A stretch of DNA of 64,000 bases from Owenia fusiformis (taxonomy: Eukaryota). Positions 1 through 12,800 of the stretch are shown here, piece by piece. The notes under the pieces were generated by a model, which saw nothing but the letters and a program-made list of their open reading frames with translations, ran no database searches and was not told the DNA's origin. Both the position numbers and the translations under genes were made by a program. Every line of letters begins with the position of its first letter. Position 1 is the stretch's first letter. The stretch is taken from assembly GCA_903813345.2 (NCBI GenBank), contig CAIIXF020000001.1, positions 37,510,001 through 37,574,000 of the forward strand, in the 5' to 3' direction.

Positions 1-304
1 AAATCTGGCCGCGGTGAGAGCACAACTGAATGTTTTTGAGGAATCTCCTGTTTAATAAGGAAGCTTCAAAGCATTACGTCAAAATATCGAAATCGACACT
101 TCCAGCCCACAATCATGCGAAGGTGACGGCCGCAACCTTTGTTCGATACTAACCAGTGATATCTGCCAGATGTCAAAATGGCCAGCATGCCTGAATTTGA
201 AGAATTCTTTTTCATTTTAAAAAATTGTTTTGTGTGAAAAAGAAGTAGTAACACTGTTTTCTTATACACGTATAGAATGAGCAAGATTTTAACACATCGA
301 AAAG

Positions 305-892
305 TTAAAATATGGGATCTCTTGGATTGCTTATCGAGGAGTATGATGAACTCAGTGAGAGACGCGTATCATTAACAGAAAACATGGTTTCGTTGAGTGT
401 ACTTTCGACGGGATTATCCAAACCACGTGCGAGTTCACCAAAGGATGGAGCAAACCGTCTGGAACAACTATGTGTATCATTTATAGGCGAGAGATCTAAT
501 GTGTCAGCAATGGTGAGAAATTCTGGCAAATGATCAGATCTGGCAAATGATAAGGGGTCATCAGTAGTCGGATCGCCTTGTGAGGAAGTGCCGAATACAT
601 TATCTGTGTTACGGTCATTAGTATGACTAGGAAATCGTTTGTCCTTTTTCATTTCGTCTATATCTTTAAAACAAAGAACACATATATTGGGCGATTCTTT
701 TCTTTCTTTCTTTTTTCCTCTATGAACTGGAGGTTTGGCTGGCTCGTTTAGATTTCCGCCAAGGATATTAACATCATTTAAAGCCATGGTTTTCCTCCTG
801 ACGGCAGTCCAAATTGATATAGCTTCGTCAACAAGGGGTAAGATAATGATAACAACACCTGCCAAATAACCACATATCTTCGAGATATTAAT
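305..892 (-). CDS. DUR3: DUR3 exon 13 (last TM plus long hydrophilic C-terminal tail, stop TAA)
   Basis: tttcag|INISKICGYLAGVVIIILPLVDE...DPIF*. Confidence 0.88.
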   Translation of the reverse strand: MNISKICGYLAGVVIIILPLVDEAISIWTAVRRKTMALNDVNILGGNLNEPAKPPVHRGKKKERKESPNICVLCFKDIDEMKKDKRFPSHTNDRNTDNVFGTSSQGDPTTDDPLSFARSDHLPEFLTIADTLDLSPINDTHSCSRRFAPSFGELARGLDNPVESTLNETMFSVNDTRLSLSSSYSSISNPRDPIF

Positions 893-3800
893 CTGAAAGA
901 TGAGAAGTTTATCATTTATATACAAACAGTATAATATTTTGAACATTTATTGCAGTCCATGTTTATCAAAAAGGTTATCAATTGATTTATGTTCATTCAA
1001 TGAGGTACAGGTTTACATAGTTACTCGAGTCGACCCTAATGTCAGAAGGGGGGGGGGGGGGTCAAGAGTTTTTTGCGTCTCTGTTATTTTTTTAACCTTA
1101 AGCCACAGATATAAGACACTTTTTGGCATAAAAGCCAACGTGATTGGGGGTAGAAATATATATCTTGAAATATACCCTGTATATGCTAAAGACAAAAACA
1201 TGCTGACTATTCCATTTCACGTTACATTGATTTCAACGGGATTTCTTTGAAAGTGTCTAACTTCAGTTCTAGAAACGCGTTTACCATGATTTTAGTTTTA
1301 TTCGAAATATAATTGATTGTTCTTTAAGACAGCGAATTCGAAGCATTTTTGGCACACAAAATATTGTATAAGAAAAGACAGACAAGTTATGAGAAATCGC
1401 AGGGGAGGGGGGGCAAATGACTCCATCCCTGCGACTTAGTGTTATAAAAAAGTTTGCAGACATTAGGGTTAACTCTGCTACAAATGTCAACACAAACAAA
1501 TGAGATTCACGAACTAAATGTTCTCACACATACGTACGTTAACGTAGGCCTAATTTTTTATTTTGAGACAAGACACGATACCCATACTGATGAGTATGTG
1601 AAGTGTTTTAGACTCTGGTTGACCATTCTTAATCAGAAACCTCTGATGATTTGTCAATCCCATTACAAAAGTATTTCCCGCATCACCATCAAATTATTTT
1701 CAAACTCTTTGTATTATAAAAAGTAATCGCCAAATAAAAATATGGACGTTTTTATAAATCACAATTTTCTTAACTAAATGTTATTTAAGGCAAAATAAAT
1801 TAAAATACACACTGTTGCATATTTTTGAAAATAATGAGAATGACACTGACACCCTTTATATACAAATCTTACGTTCTATATTATAGTGTATCTATTACAT
1901 GGAAGGAGTGTTGTTAAGTACCTACCCAAATTATGAATTCACTGAGATTCATCACACCCGATGACATTGCACTTAAAGGCCATATCACTAGCAGACAAAC
2001 AGTTAAAAAAGTCGCACCAAATATTGCAATCAGTTTGGCCGATTTGAACACCTTCTTAATTTCTGATAAGGATGGGCGTCTGTCCAACAGATGCGCTCCC
2101 GAAATACCAAGTTCTCTGTTAATCATATAAGGAATAAGATTCAAGACAAACATACAAAAACATGTTATTAAAGTTTTTACATTAACTGTAAAACAATTGA
2201 CTTAAGTTTTATTGTTTGTCCTAACTAAACGTCAATCGTCAGATTCATTATGGCTGTAAAGAGTCGTTTATGTACATGTACCTTTAGCTTGGTAAAAACT
2301 AGATTATTTTATGATGTGTTTGAAGTACACCCCCACTATAAGTTTCCAACCTTAACTCCGCCATTAAATTACGTTTTAAAGGCCATTTATGTTTGAAATT
2401 TAATTAACATAATATGGAAATAAAAAACTACTTTTAGGACTGGAAATACAAAATGAAAATGGCATTGTGAAATCTGATTTACCCCGAGCGCATCATTTCC
2501 CCTTGGTGGTATAGGAAATCAGGACTAACTTCAGTTTTTCAGAAACAATAAATTACAATCAAGAGCTACACCAGAAGACGTTCATGGCCTCACTCGACAG
2601 CGCTAAATCTTTCGACAAGGTATGTTACGCAGTGTTGTTCATTAAGCTATACGGATACGCTATAATGGAATAAGGGGAGCGCTATCAATAATATTCAAGG
2701 GCAACATGTCAAACTTGTTCCCAATCGTTCAATCTGTCCGGCAGGGAGGGGTCCTTTCCGGATGGCTGTACAACATATTCATTGATGGTCTCCTGTATTA
2801 GCTTGAAACTTCAAACTTTGGGTCAGTCGTGTGCGGAGTTACCTGTACTGTACCTACCTATGCAGACGACATCTGTCTCTTTGCAAATTCAAAAGAAAAT
2901 CAGGAATCACTCATAGACATCGCAATAAGATACTCCCGGAAATGGAGATTCTTATAAACATGTCAAAATCCACTGTCATTACCTTTGGTGAAACAAAGGG
3001 AACTAATAATACCATGACTTACAAACATATTGTTTTAATAAAAACCACTGTATCTATGCCCAGAAAGTACTAATGTTGAAAGATGACCGCCTAAAATCAC
3101 TTGCCATACTGCACGTGGTGTTTTCAAACGTAACGATCGAGACTTGTATTTATCACTGACATAGTTCAATGGGGGAGTTAGAGTTACTAAACGTGGAATA
3201 TAGCCTTTCCAAAGTATGTGTCTTCTTTTATTTTATTTTTACATCACCGTAATAATTGAAGATCAAGATAAGTAAAAGAAAATACCGTCTTTGGCAAGGT
3301 TAAACGTGGAGCGGAGTGTATATTTTCTGATCAATTTCAGATCAATTGGTTGAGGATATTAAACCCTTGTTAAAGATCATACTCATAAAAATTGTATTAC
3401 TAGGAGTCGAAAAATTATATTATTGTGTATACGTAAATTGTTAATATAATGTAAAACATCGAGTGGAAATAACTAAAATTGAATACGAATAGTACTCGAT
3501 TTAGAAGCTTTATCTAAAAATAAATCCATGACCCATTTTCAATATTCATCTCTCAACAAAATGTTTGCATCTAGCTATTTACTTCAGGTTTATTTAAGCA
3601 ACGAAAAAGTTTTGACTATTTTAATTCGAGAATAGAATGACTTACCTAGCGTACATTTCAGGCCAGGGAGATAAAGGATTGTCAATGTCTCTAGTGTTTT
3701 CCCATATCTCTGTAGTGTCAATTACAGAATGATTGAGCAAACTGCATATCCAGGTTATAAGTCCTCCTGATGCGATAGCGGAAAGATTGCCCCATAACAT

Positions 3801-6800
3801 GCTACTTTCTGAACCTATTGAAACAAAATAGATTAAAAGACATAAACTTATCTATTGATACTGACTTACGATTAGTATACACTCCCCTCCATAAGTTTGG
3901 CAACCTTTTTTCCCCCATTGAACTACGTGTTAAAGCCTCTTTACCTTTGAATTTTTATTTACTTAACCAGCGATGAAAATACTTATACTATTGATGAAAA
4001 CGTAATTTGACTTTAATTCCGATAGCTCCAAATTTTCTCAATTTTTTTCCTCAATTACAATAGGTCTAAAATTGATGATAAATTTGATGATTTTTTGAAA
4101 ATCGACATTCCCATGTTAACCAATGGGAAATGGTAGGTTTGCCGCAAGTCATATGACAGAATATCCATCCATCCGAGTCCTTGCAAAAAATACGAGTTAG
4201 GCAGGCAATTGAATTTGCTAACTTTATTTAACAAAAAATTGATATGTTTCTTCAGGTTCAACAAAGTTATAGGGCTTTAAAGTCAAAATTGTTTTTCAAA
4301 AAACCTCTCCCATTGAAATAACACAGGAGGCGAAAAATTATTGTCAAAAATGACTTTGAAGCGCTGTAACTTTAATATTCATCAAATAAACTAAACTCTT
4401 AGTGTTCAAAAAAGTTAGACAAGTCAATTTTCTATATAAAAATATTTTTTGCTGAATCTTTTACTGAAAATATATCCTGATTTCTGATTTGCCCTGAACC
4501 CTTCATTTCCCATTGGATTACATGGGAATGACGACTTTCAAAAATTCATCAAATTTATCATCAATTTTCGACCTATTGTAATTGAGGAAAAAATTGAGAA
4601 AATTTGGACGTATTGGAAATAAAGTTAAGTTAAGTTTCCATCAATATTATAAGTTATTTCATCGCCGGTTAAGTAAATAAAAATTCAAACGTAAAGAGGC
4701 TTTAACACGTAGTTCAATGGGGAAAAAGGTTGCCAAACTTATGGAGGGGAGTGTACATCATGTCACAAGGGTTATACCTGGGGGGGGGGGGTATATTTGG
4801 GTTATCAAAAGGAATGATATGATATCTTGATATATAACTATCCCGAAGGATAAACCCGATATACAATCCCGACTAGTGGATGACCTTTTTATTATACCAT
4901 GATAATTTATAAACAAGTGACAAAATTACAAGAGACGAAACGCAATGCATCACCTTGCCTTTTACGCCAAAAAGTTTCTAATACCCTTGGCTCAAGCTTA
5001 GAAATAACGTAGAAACAAAACGTAGATCGAGTCAGACACGAAACGCTCTAAATCAAAAAATACATTTTCCAAACAAAGGTGAAAATAGAGAGTAAGTAGT
5101 GTCATGTCTTGTAATTCTATCATCAAGCTCTGACAACAAAGTCGAAGTTAACAGACGTCTGAGCAATAAGCTTAATGTGTTTGGTTCCGGCCCTGTAAGA
5201 AAAACTGCGTACCGTGTTGCAATTTAATGTGTTCAGTATTGTTGAATGTCTTGATTTTAATGTGTTGATGTTAAAAGACATATTTCCAAATGTCACATTT
5301 TTGTGGATTAGAAACAAATTCTGGTTTTGTATCCGATACAAAATCAGATATTGATTGTGAACTAATATAATTTAATAAAAAGGTCATGAATATATATGAG
5401 ACAAAGCGCTTATTTACTGGTCGGGATTGAATATGGTTATCCTATGCAAAGAAGAGTTTTAGGGAGATAAGATCCAGTATCCTGAATTTGAGGTGTCCAT
5501 ATCCAGAAACTCCCTATCTCCCGCCATATCTCCCGCTCCAGCGCATATATATCCGCTTTAAATAGTTGAAAAAATGAAAACTAGAAAAAATTGTAAAAAC
5601 TGTGAAAAACATTAGATTTTTTAGAAACTCCACTGGGTATAGGATAAAGCAGTTATGTATGGTCCGTTTGAATATGGGATTTATCCCTCGTGAGATATAC
5701 ACATCTACATTCGGTCCCTACGATCCCTCAGGTAGATATGCATATATTCCTCTGGATAAACCCCATATCCAAAACTCCCAGTACACAACCCTTATTTATT
5801 CCTCGTATCAATATGATATTCCCTCTGCCCCCCGTGCCCTCATATTGCCACTCGAAATAAATTAATATTAAATCTCTCCTAGTAAATAATCTCCAACGTA
5901 TACGGGGTACAGGATTTGGCAAAAAATTCAATGTCATTTTATCAAAGTGCTATATACACCAAATATCACAGTGATCAGGGTATAAATCATTATGCAGAGA
6001 ACTATGACAAAGAATTGGAAAATGAACTCGCGTCCTTTTACTCGAAGCTGGGTTGAAATCTTTTTAATGGCAACTTTGAATATTGTTCAGTCGCACTCAG
6101 AACAAACCTGTATTTTCGAAAAAATAATTTGGACCGAGCCCTCCTTTGTGTGAAGCTGCGACTGAGAGCCAGACAGTAAGGCCAATAGTAACGCCTCCCA
6201 TCGTGCCTGCGACCATTGCCTTCCCCGTTAGTCGAGCCCAAAACATACACAGTGATACAGGGACCACTGCTGGACCAATCAATATCCCCATGAAGAGGTA
6301 AACCCAACTAAGGCTCACCTGCAATATAATGAATGCTCACAAGATGTTCGTCTACTACAGCTATTTTGGTTGTACGGGGTGTGCAGCTAAATTCTTTATA
6401 AGGCTCTTCCTGAGAAATTATTACCGCTCATTTCATCTTTGTTTTCACTGTGATGGGTTATCCTGTTTTGTCCGTTGTTAATTTTTAATTTTACATCCGA
6501 ATCGGATGATCTTTCAAATTCAAGAGTAGTATTTTGAGGATGGAGCATTATTTTCTGAAGATTCAAAGCAATACAAACTATTCCAGAATTATTCTACCTT
6601 TAATGCACTTAGTCCATACGTTATCGGCAGAATCGCTACACAACACCAAACAATGCACCAGTTCTTCAAACTCGCAAGATAGGCGTAATAAGCCCGGAAA
6701 TCCCCATGAACAGAACATCTGAACCCAGGTTTAACAGCTCTTCTGCATTCCATTCTCAATCTTTTAAAAAGATAGAAAAAAATCAAACAGCTTTGTTACA

Positions 6801-9800
6801 AAACATTAAGAATCTCTTTGGCTAATATATATATTATATATATAGAATATCACATCATTTTGAGTGATATCATTTTTATCGCCGAGTTGATATCTACGAG
6901 GCGATAAAATGATATCACGAGAAATTATGTGATATTGGGTTTATCCCATGATTACAATCACCTTGTGATGTTCTGATCCAATTTCCAGGACATTGGCAGA
7001 CAATATAAACTAGAAATTAGAATATCAATTGAATATTTGAAACACTTTATTTTAACAATTAAAAGTAAGTAACATGATATATACTATATAGTTCGTCATA
7101 AATACCATTTTTTAATCGTTAGTTAGCAGCCTTTTAATCAAATTATATACACAATAGTAATTCAATACACCAATGAAACTTAAAGCTCAGGAATAAATAA
7201 ACGGACCTATTTTCTCAAAAGGGAATAAAATATCTGACCTAATTTCCAACAATATTGTGGCGCTAAATGCAAATGTGATATCACACGGATATGCGTGAGA
7301 TAAACGATATCACACGCATATGAGTTTGATAAACGATTTTCTGGAAAATATCACACGGATTTCAATAATATCAGAAATATCAATAGCTGTTATTGTACAG
7401 ATAACACATTAATCGTGGGATAAATACAGAATATCACATCATTTTGAGTGATATCATTTTTATCACCGAGTTGATATCAAATATCAACACGAGTGAGCGA
7501 AGCGAATGAGTGTTGATATTTGCTATCCACGAGGCTATAAAATGATATCACGAGAAATTATGTGATATTGGGTTTATCCCGTGATTACAATCACCTTGTG
7601 ATGTTCTGATCCAATATCCAGGACATTGACAGACAATATAAACTAGAAATTAGAATATCTGTACATGATCCAGTTCGTCATAAATACCATTTTTTAATCA
7701 TTATTTAGCAGCCTTCTAATCAAATTATATACACAATCGTAATTCAATACACCAATGAAACTTAAAGAGAATAAATTAACGGACCTATTTTCTCAAAAGA
7801 GAATAAATTATCTGACCTAATTTCCAACAATATTGTGGCGCGAAATGCAAATGTGATACCACACGGATATGCGTGAGATAAACGATATCACACGCATATG
7901 AGTTTGATAAACGATTTTCTGGAAAATATCACACGGATTTCAATAATATCAGAAATATCAGTAGCTGTTATTGTACAGATAACACATTAATCGTGGGATA
8001 AATATATTTATTATATCACTATCTAGCTAGCGACAGTATGATTGGTCAAAACCGGGTCACATGTCGTGGGATATCTGGCGATATTCAATGGCAATGCTAA
8101 TCAGATAAGACAACCGTGAGATATCTAGCGATATCCCACGCTCCCGGGAATTTTCAAAGAATTTGTTTTCGTATAGTGTAAATAATTTAGTTCAGTTTAA
8201 GTCAAAATGGCAGACGAACCGAGTAGATTCGTAAAAATAGCTGAAGACTAATGACTTAATAATATTAGGGTTGTTTAGCTAGACAGTGATATAATAAAAC
8301 AAATATTCCACTCTATTTTCGGTGAATACCTGTAGCACTTTCACAAGGTGATATTCCACTTGCCCTTTCGGGCTTCGTGGAATATCACTTGTGAAAGATG
8401 TACAGGTATTCACCTCAATAGAGTGAAATATTTGTTCATTATCCCACGATTAATGTGTGATATTTTCCTGAAAATCGTTTATCAAACTCATATGCGTATG
8501 ATATAGTTTATCTCACGCATATCCGTGTGATATCACATTTGCATTTCGCGCCACAATATTGTTGGAAATTAGGTCAGATAATTTATTCTCTTTTGAGAAA
8601 ATAGGTCCATTAATTTATTCTCCTTAAGTTTCATTGGTGTATTGAATTACGATTGTGTATATAATTTGATTAGAAGGCTGCTAACTTACGATTAAAAAAT
8701 GGTATTTATGACGAACTATATCATGTTATTTACTTTTAATTGTTAAAATAAAGTGTTTCAAATATTCAATTGATATTCTAATTTCTAGTTTATATTGTCT
8801 GCCAATGTCCTGGAAATTGGATCAGAACATCACAAGGTGATTGTAATCATGGGATAAACCCAATATCACATAATTTCTCGTGATATCATTTTATCGCCTC
8901 GTAGATATCAAATATCAACACTCATTCGCTTCGCTCACTCGTGTTGATATTTGCTATCAACTCGGCGATAAAAATGATATCACTCAAAATGATGTGATAT
9001 TCTGTATATATTATTTTCAAAATAATATCAAAATTGTGTTTCAGGGCAATCATGATTCAAATATACTTAAAAAATGTAGAAGTGTATAATCACACGTTTA
9101 ATTAATCATTTAACAAACTTAGAGATTTATTCATTTTAAAGATTCAACATCTACATTATATTACATTATTTGATTATTTTTAAAATCCGCTCACTTGGTT
9201 TAGTGTTAAGCATCGTGTTTAAAATGTTAATAAGAAAACAGAGAATATTGATACTCACATATCGTCGCGGTGACAATCAATACAGTATGTCATACTTTGA
9301 CACCGACATTTATCTCTGTTTAACCTTGACATTCGTCCTTTTGCTTTACCACATAGTATACAACTATTGGCATCTGTCACCAAACGATGTGGCTGTAAAA
9401 TACAATATACCCGTTTGTTTGAGTATTTTCGAGCACGTCACATGGGCAGACAATTAATGAGACTTAAAATATTCTGCCTTAAAACTTCAAATCATTTCGA
9501 CATCAGGATATTAAAACATAGTAATTGGCCATTTAGTTCAATCTTAATAACAGATTTTTTATGAAAAGTTACGAATTCACAATGAAGCAACGGTGTATCT
9601 TTCGGAATTAATATTCTATAATGAAGTGTATTTTTAAAATTTAGATCTTAAATAAAATAGGATTAGCGTCAGAATGAAATGGATTACATACGCTATTATG
9701 ATTTAATAAATGAGAAATATAGGAACAGTATATCCTCTTTTATGATCAACATTGTGATCAATCGTGCTGAGTTTTGGCTCATATGGACAAACATCATTTC

Positions 9801-12800
9801 ATCCGAATATTATAGTAATACTAACTGGCCATTTAATTCAATTTTTTATAATGTTTTTTCTGAAAGGTTACGAATTCACATATCTTTTGGAATCAATATT
9901 TTATAATGAAGTGTATTTTCGAAATTTAAATCTTAAATAAAATAAGATTAGTGTCAGAATGAACGAGATTACATATAACAATTAAACAAAGGAATGAAGG
10001 AAGTTTTACTCTTTTATGATCAATATGTGATCTTGCTGAGTCTTGGCCCATATGGACAAACTAGTGATAAAAACAAATGCTAAGTTAAACTTAATTGACA
10101 TTAAAAGTTAATCTTGCAGCAGAATTTGAAAGACATATATGTTATTGCAAACAATTTTAGACGGTTATATCTTGGATTATAACCCTCAGGCTGACCACGA
10201 TAGATAGGCATATTTTTAAGATCCATTCATTATCCGAAGGAAATGTATGATAATTAAGTCAATTATATATAATCCGGCAGATGTGTATATCTACAATAAA
10301 TGTATTCTTTTAGCATCTATAAGAGAAAGCGTGGCCGAGACTTTTGCCAGTGATGTGAACCAACTTTCATCATTTCCAGTATTTTTGCAGTGGCCCAAAT
10401 TGGCATTCTTATTTCGTTTAGGGTAAATGACAAAAACCCGGGTAAGGCGTTTTACAAAAACCGATCGGTTTTACACGACACTCCAAAAGCGCCTAACGAT
10501 ATAAGGCGTTTTTCAAAGACTAGGGTTCTAGAAGTTTTGAAAAAGCGCTTTTGTAAAGCGGCAATCGTAATCACAACTATTTTTCAAACGGGTTAAAGGC
10601 GCGCATGGTGTAATTCCAGCAAACCTTTTTTACTTAATATAATTGTTCAAGGATTTTTTCCATTCATATACCTATTTGTCATCTTCAATTGCTAATTCAT
10701 ATGAATTTTTTATTGTTACAGGGGGCACCATACACCTTTCAGTGGTGTCTCGCTCCCTTCATCAATTTTGTATTGTTGTATGCATATATATTTAATAAAT
10801 TGAAATTGAATTTAATAAATTGAAATTGAACTGAATTAGGTATTGCGTGCGGTGCATCTGCATGAACCCCACTTGAGAAATCCTGGCTACAGGCCTGGCT
10901 AATCAAACTTATAATTTCAAGACACATCTAAAACAGGTAAAACTATGTTAACTTACCTCAGCACTTACTACTACGGAGTCTAACTTATATTATGCATACT
11001 TCACTAAACTTTACAGGGGTCGAAGCTCACAATTTGTACCTGGTAGCTATTTCGCTACTTGCCAAAAAACTTTTGGGCCCCTAAAACCCAAAAGTGGGCC
11101 TAAATTTTGAAATTTTAAGGCCTTATTTAAGAGACTAATATTTCTTTACTTTAAGAATATATTTTTATTGCATCGAGTACACCAGTCCTAGTCACGTTAC
11201 AGTAGAATGTAAATGTCATCCATGTGTCATGAACTCCTCTTTTGAAACTATTCTTCAACAATTCCTAGGTGTATGGTGTCCTATAATTTAGTTATTGCAT
11301 TGAGGTCCTGATTGCCAGTGATGATACCATAAGGACGTAGATGATATGTAAAAAAGTCTAAATGATACATCATTCTGGGTTTAACGTAATGGAATGAAAT
11401 TGAATAGTCGCTGATGTTTCCGGGACCCTGGAATGAAATAATTCATATTAATCATTAATATACAAAACAAAAACACATTTGAAACATGGTTATAAGGTTG
11501 AATAGCCAAATAGATGTAATGTATTCTCATCCTAAATAACACCAACATTATGATCCATTATATGCACTACAACTAATACAATAATCAGACTGACTGATAT
11601 AACACTTCCTTTCTTCAATAAAATGGGCTTGAGAAAATTGTCCATGTAGAAAAGGAACAAGTAGTTTGTCAAATAATAATTATAATCATTCTTACATACG
11701 TAGCCCCATTGGCATCATACTTATGGTACCAATCAGGATATCTTCCCTCAAGATGGGCAGAAATATCAAAACAATGGAATCGACTTCGTCCCATAGCGTC
11801 CCTCGAATCTCCCACAGCAACCCCTAGGTATTCCATGCACTTCCCCATCTCAACGTCCTCTGCCCCTCCATCCTTACGACAGTGTTCAGGATCTTGTAAT
11901 CCCTTCTCAGCTAATCGTCTCAAGGCCTCATGAGATAAAACATAACCGCCGCCACCACTCATATATCCCTGTTTTACGTTTGCTTTGAACTTATGTCCAA
12001 AGTATATGGGATCCGTTCGTTTATAACTTAATAGCAAATATCGCAGATTTTCCACAATGACGAACGTATCATCGTCTGCTTTAAGGAACCAATCAGCTTG
12101 ATCTTTGTAGTTATCCCAGCAATATTTAAATGCATTCATTGTCTTAGCAGTAAGATGATCCCGACCTTCAGTTGTGTTAATGCCCACTGTAGGGAAATCT
12201 TTATTTGTCTCTGAACTTATGAAGATAATGATATTGCAACGTTTAGCCCAGGTGGCACGGACATGTTGAGCTTTAGTTTTCAAGTTTTTTGGAGAGGTCA
12301 TGACCCAACAGAGTACCCGCACTGTTTTATAAAGGGTGTCTGCTGAACTAGTATTATCTGAAACAAACGCAGATGCATATACAATCGGACAAGATGTAAA
12401 ATAAGACTCGTCCACCTGCTACAGCGAAAACCCCAATAGATGGTACTTAGTGTAATATACCATTGGAAAGGTCATTCAAAACTGGATTTGACCTCAGCGA
12501 TACGTCAAAAAGTGTAAATACGCTAAATTGTGTCATACGTGAAAAAGATTTAAGTACCAGACTCTTTATGTGTGCTTTGTCTGAGTGTGTACATCACACG
12601 TGGATTATAATCTAGTATTAAACCCCGACCTAAACGGTCTTGGTTTAAGAATTCATCTGTGATATTTTAACAAGGCATTGAGTAAAACAATATATTTTTA
12701 AACTAGCACTGAATAGGATTATATTGCAAATCTCATTGATATATTTCGAGCACCAGCTACCCTTTTGTAAAATACATACCAGTGTTGGAGAAAGTATGAC

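Noticed and set aside
312..533. Plus-strand ORFs overlapping DUR3, C1GALT1 and astacin exons (also 1933-2130, 11709-11933, 22684-22908, 60593-60778)
   Set aside because: Antisense shadows of real exons with no recognisable motifs
3092..3125. Motif aaaatcacttgccatact recurring at ~3093, ~25818 and ~43931 as a conserved regulatory site
   Set aside because: More simply a fragment of a dispersed repeat; boundaries could not be defined
12358..12415. ORF-track N-terminus of the 248-aa C1GALT1 ORF as a single-exon gene
   Set aside because: Non-ATG start and intronic; a canonical acceptor at 12358 joins the TM-encoding exon 1 in phase
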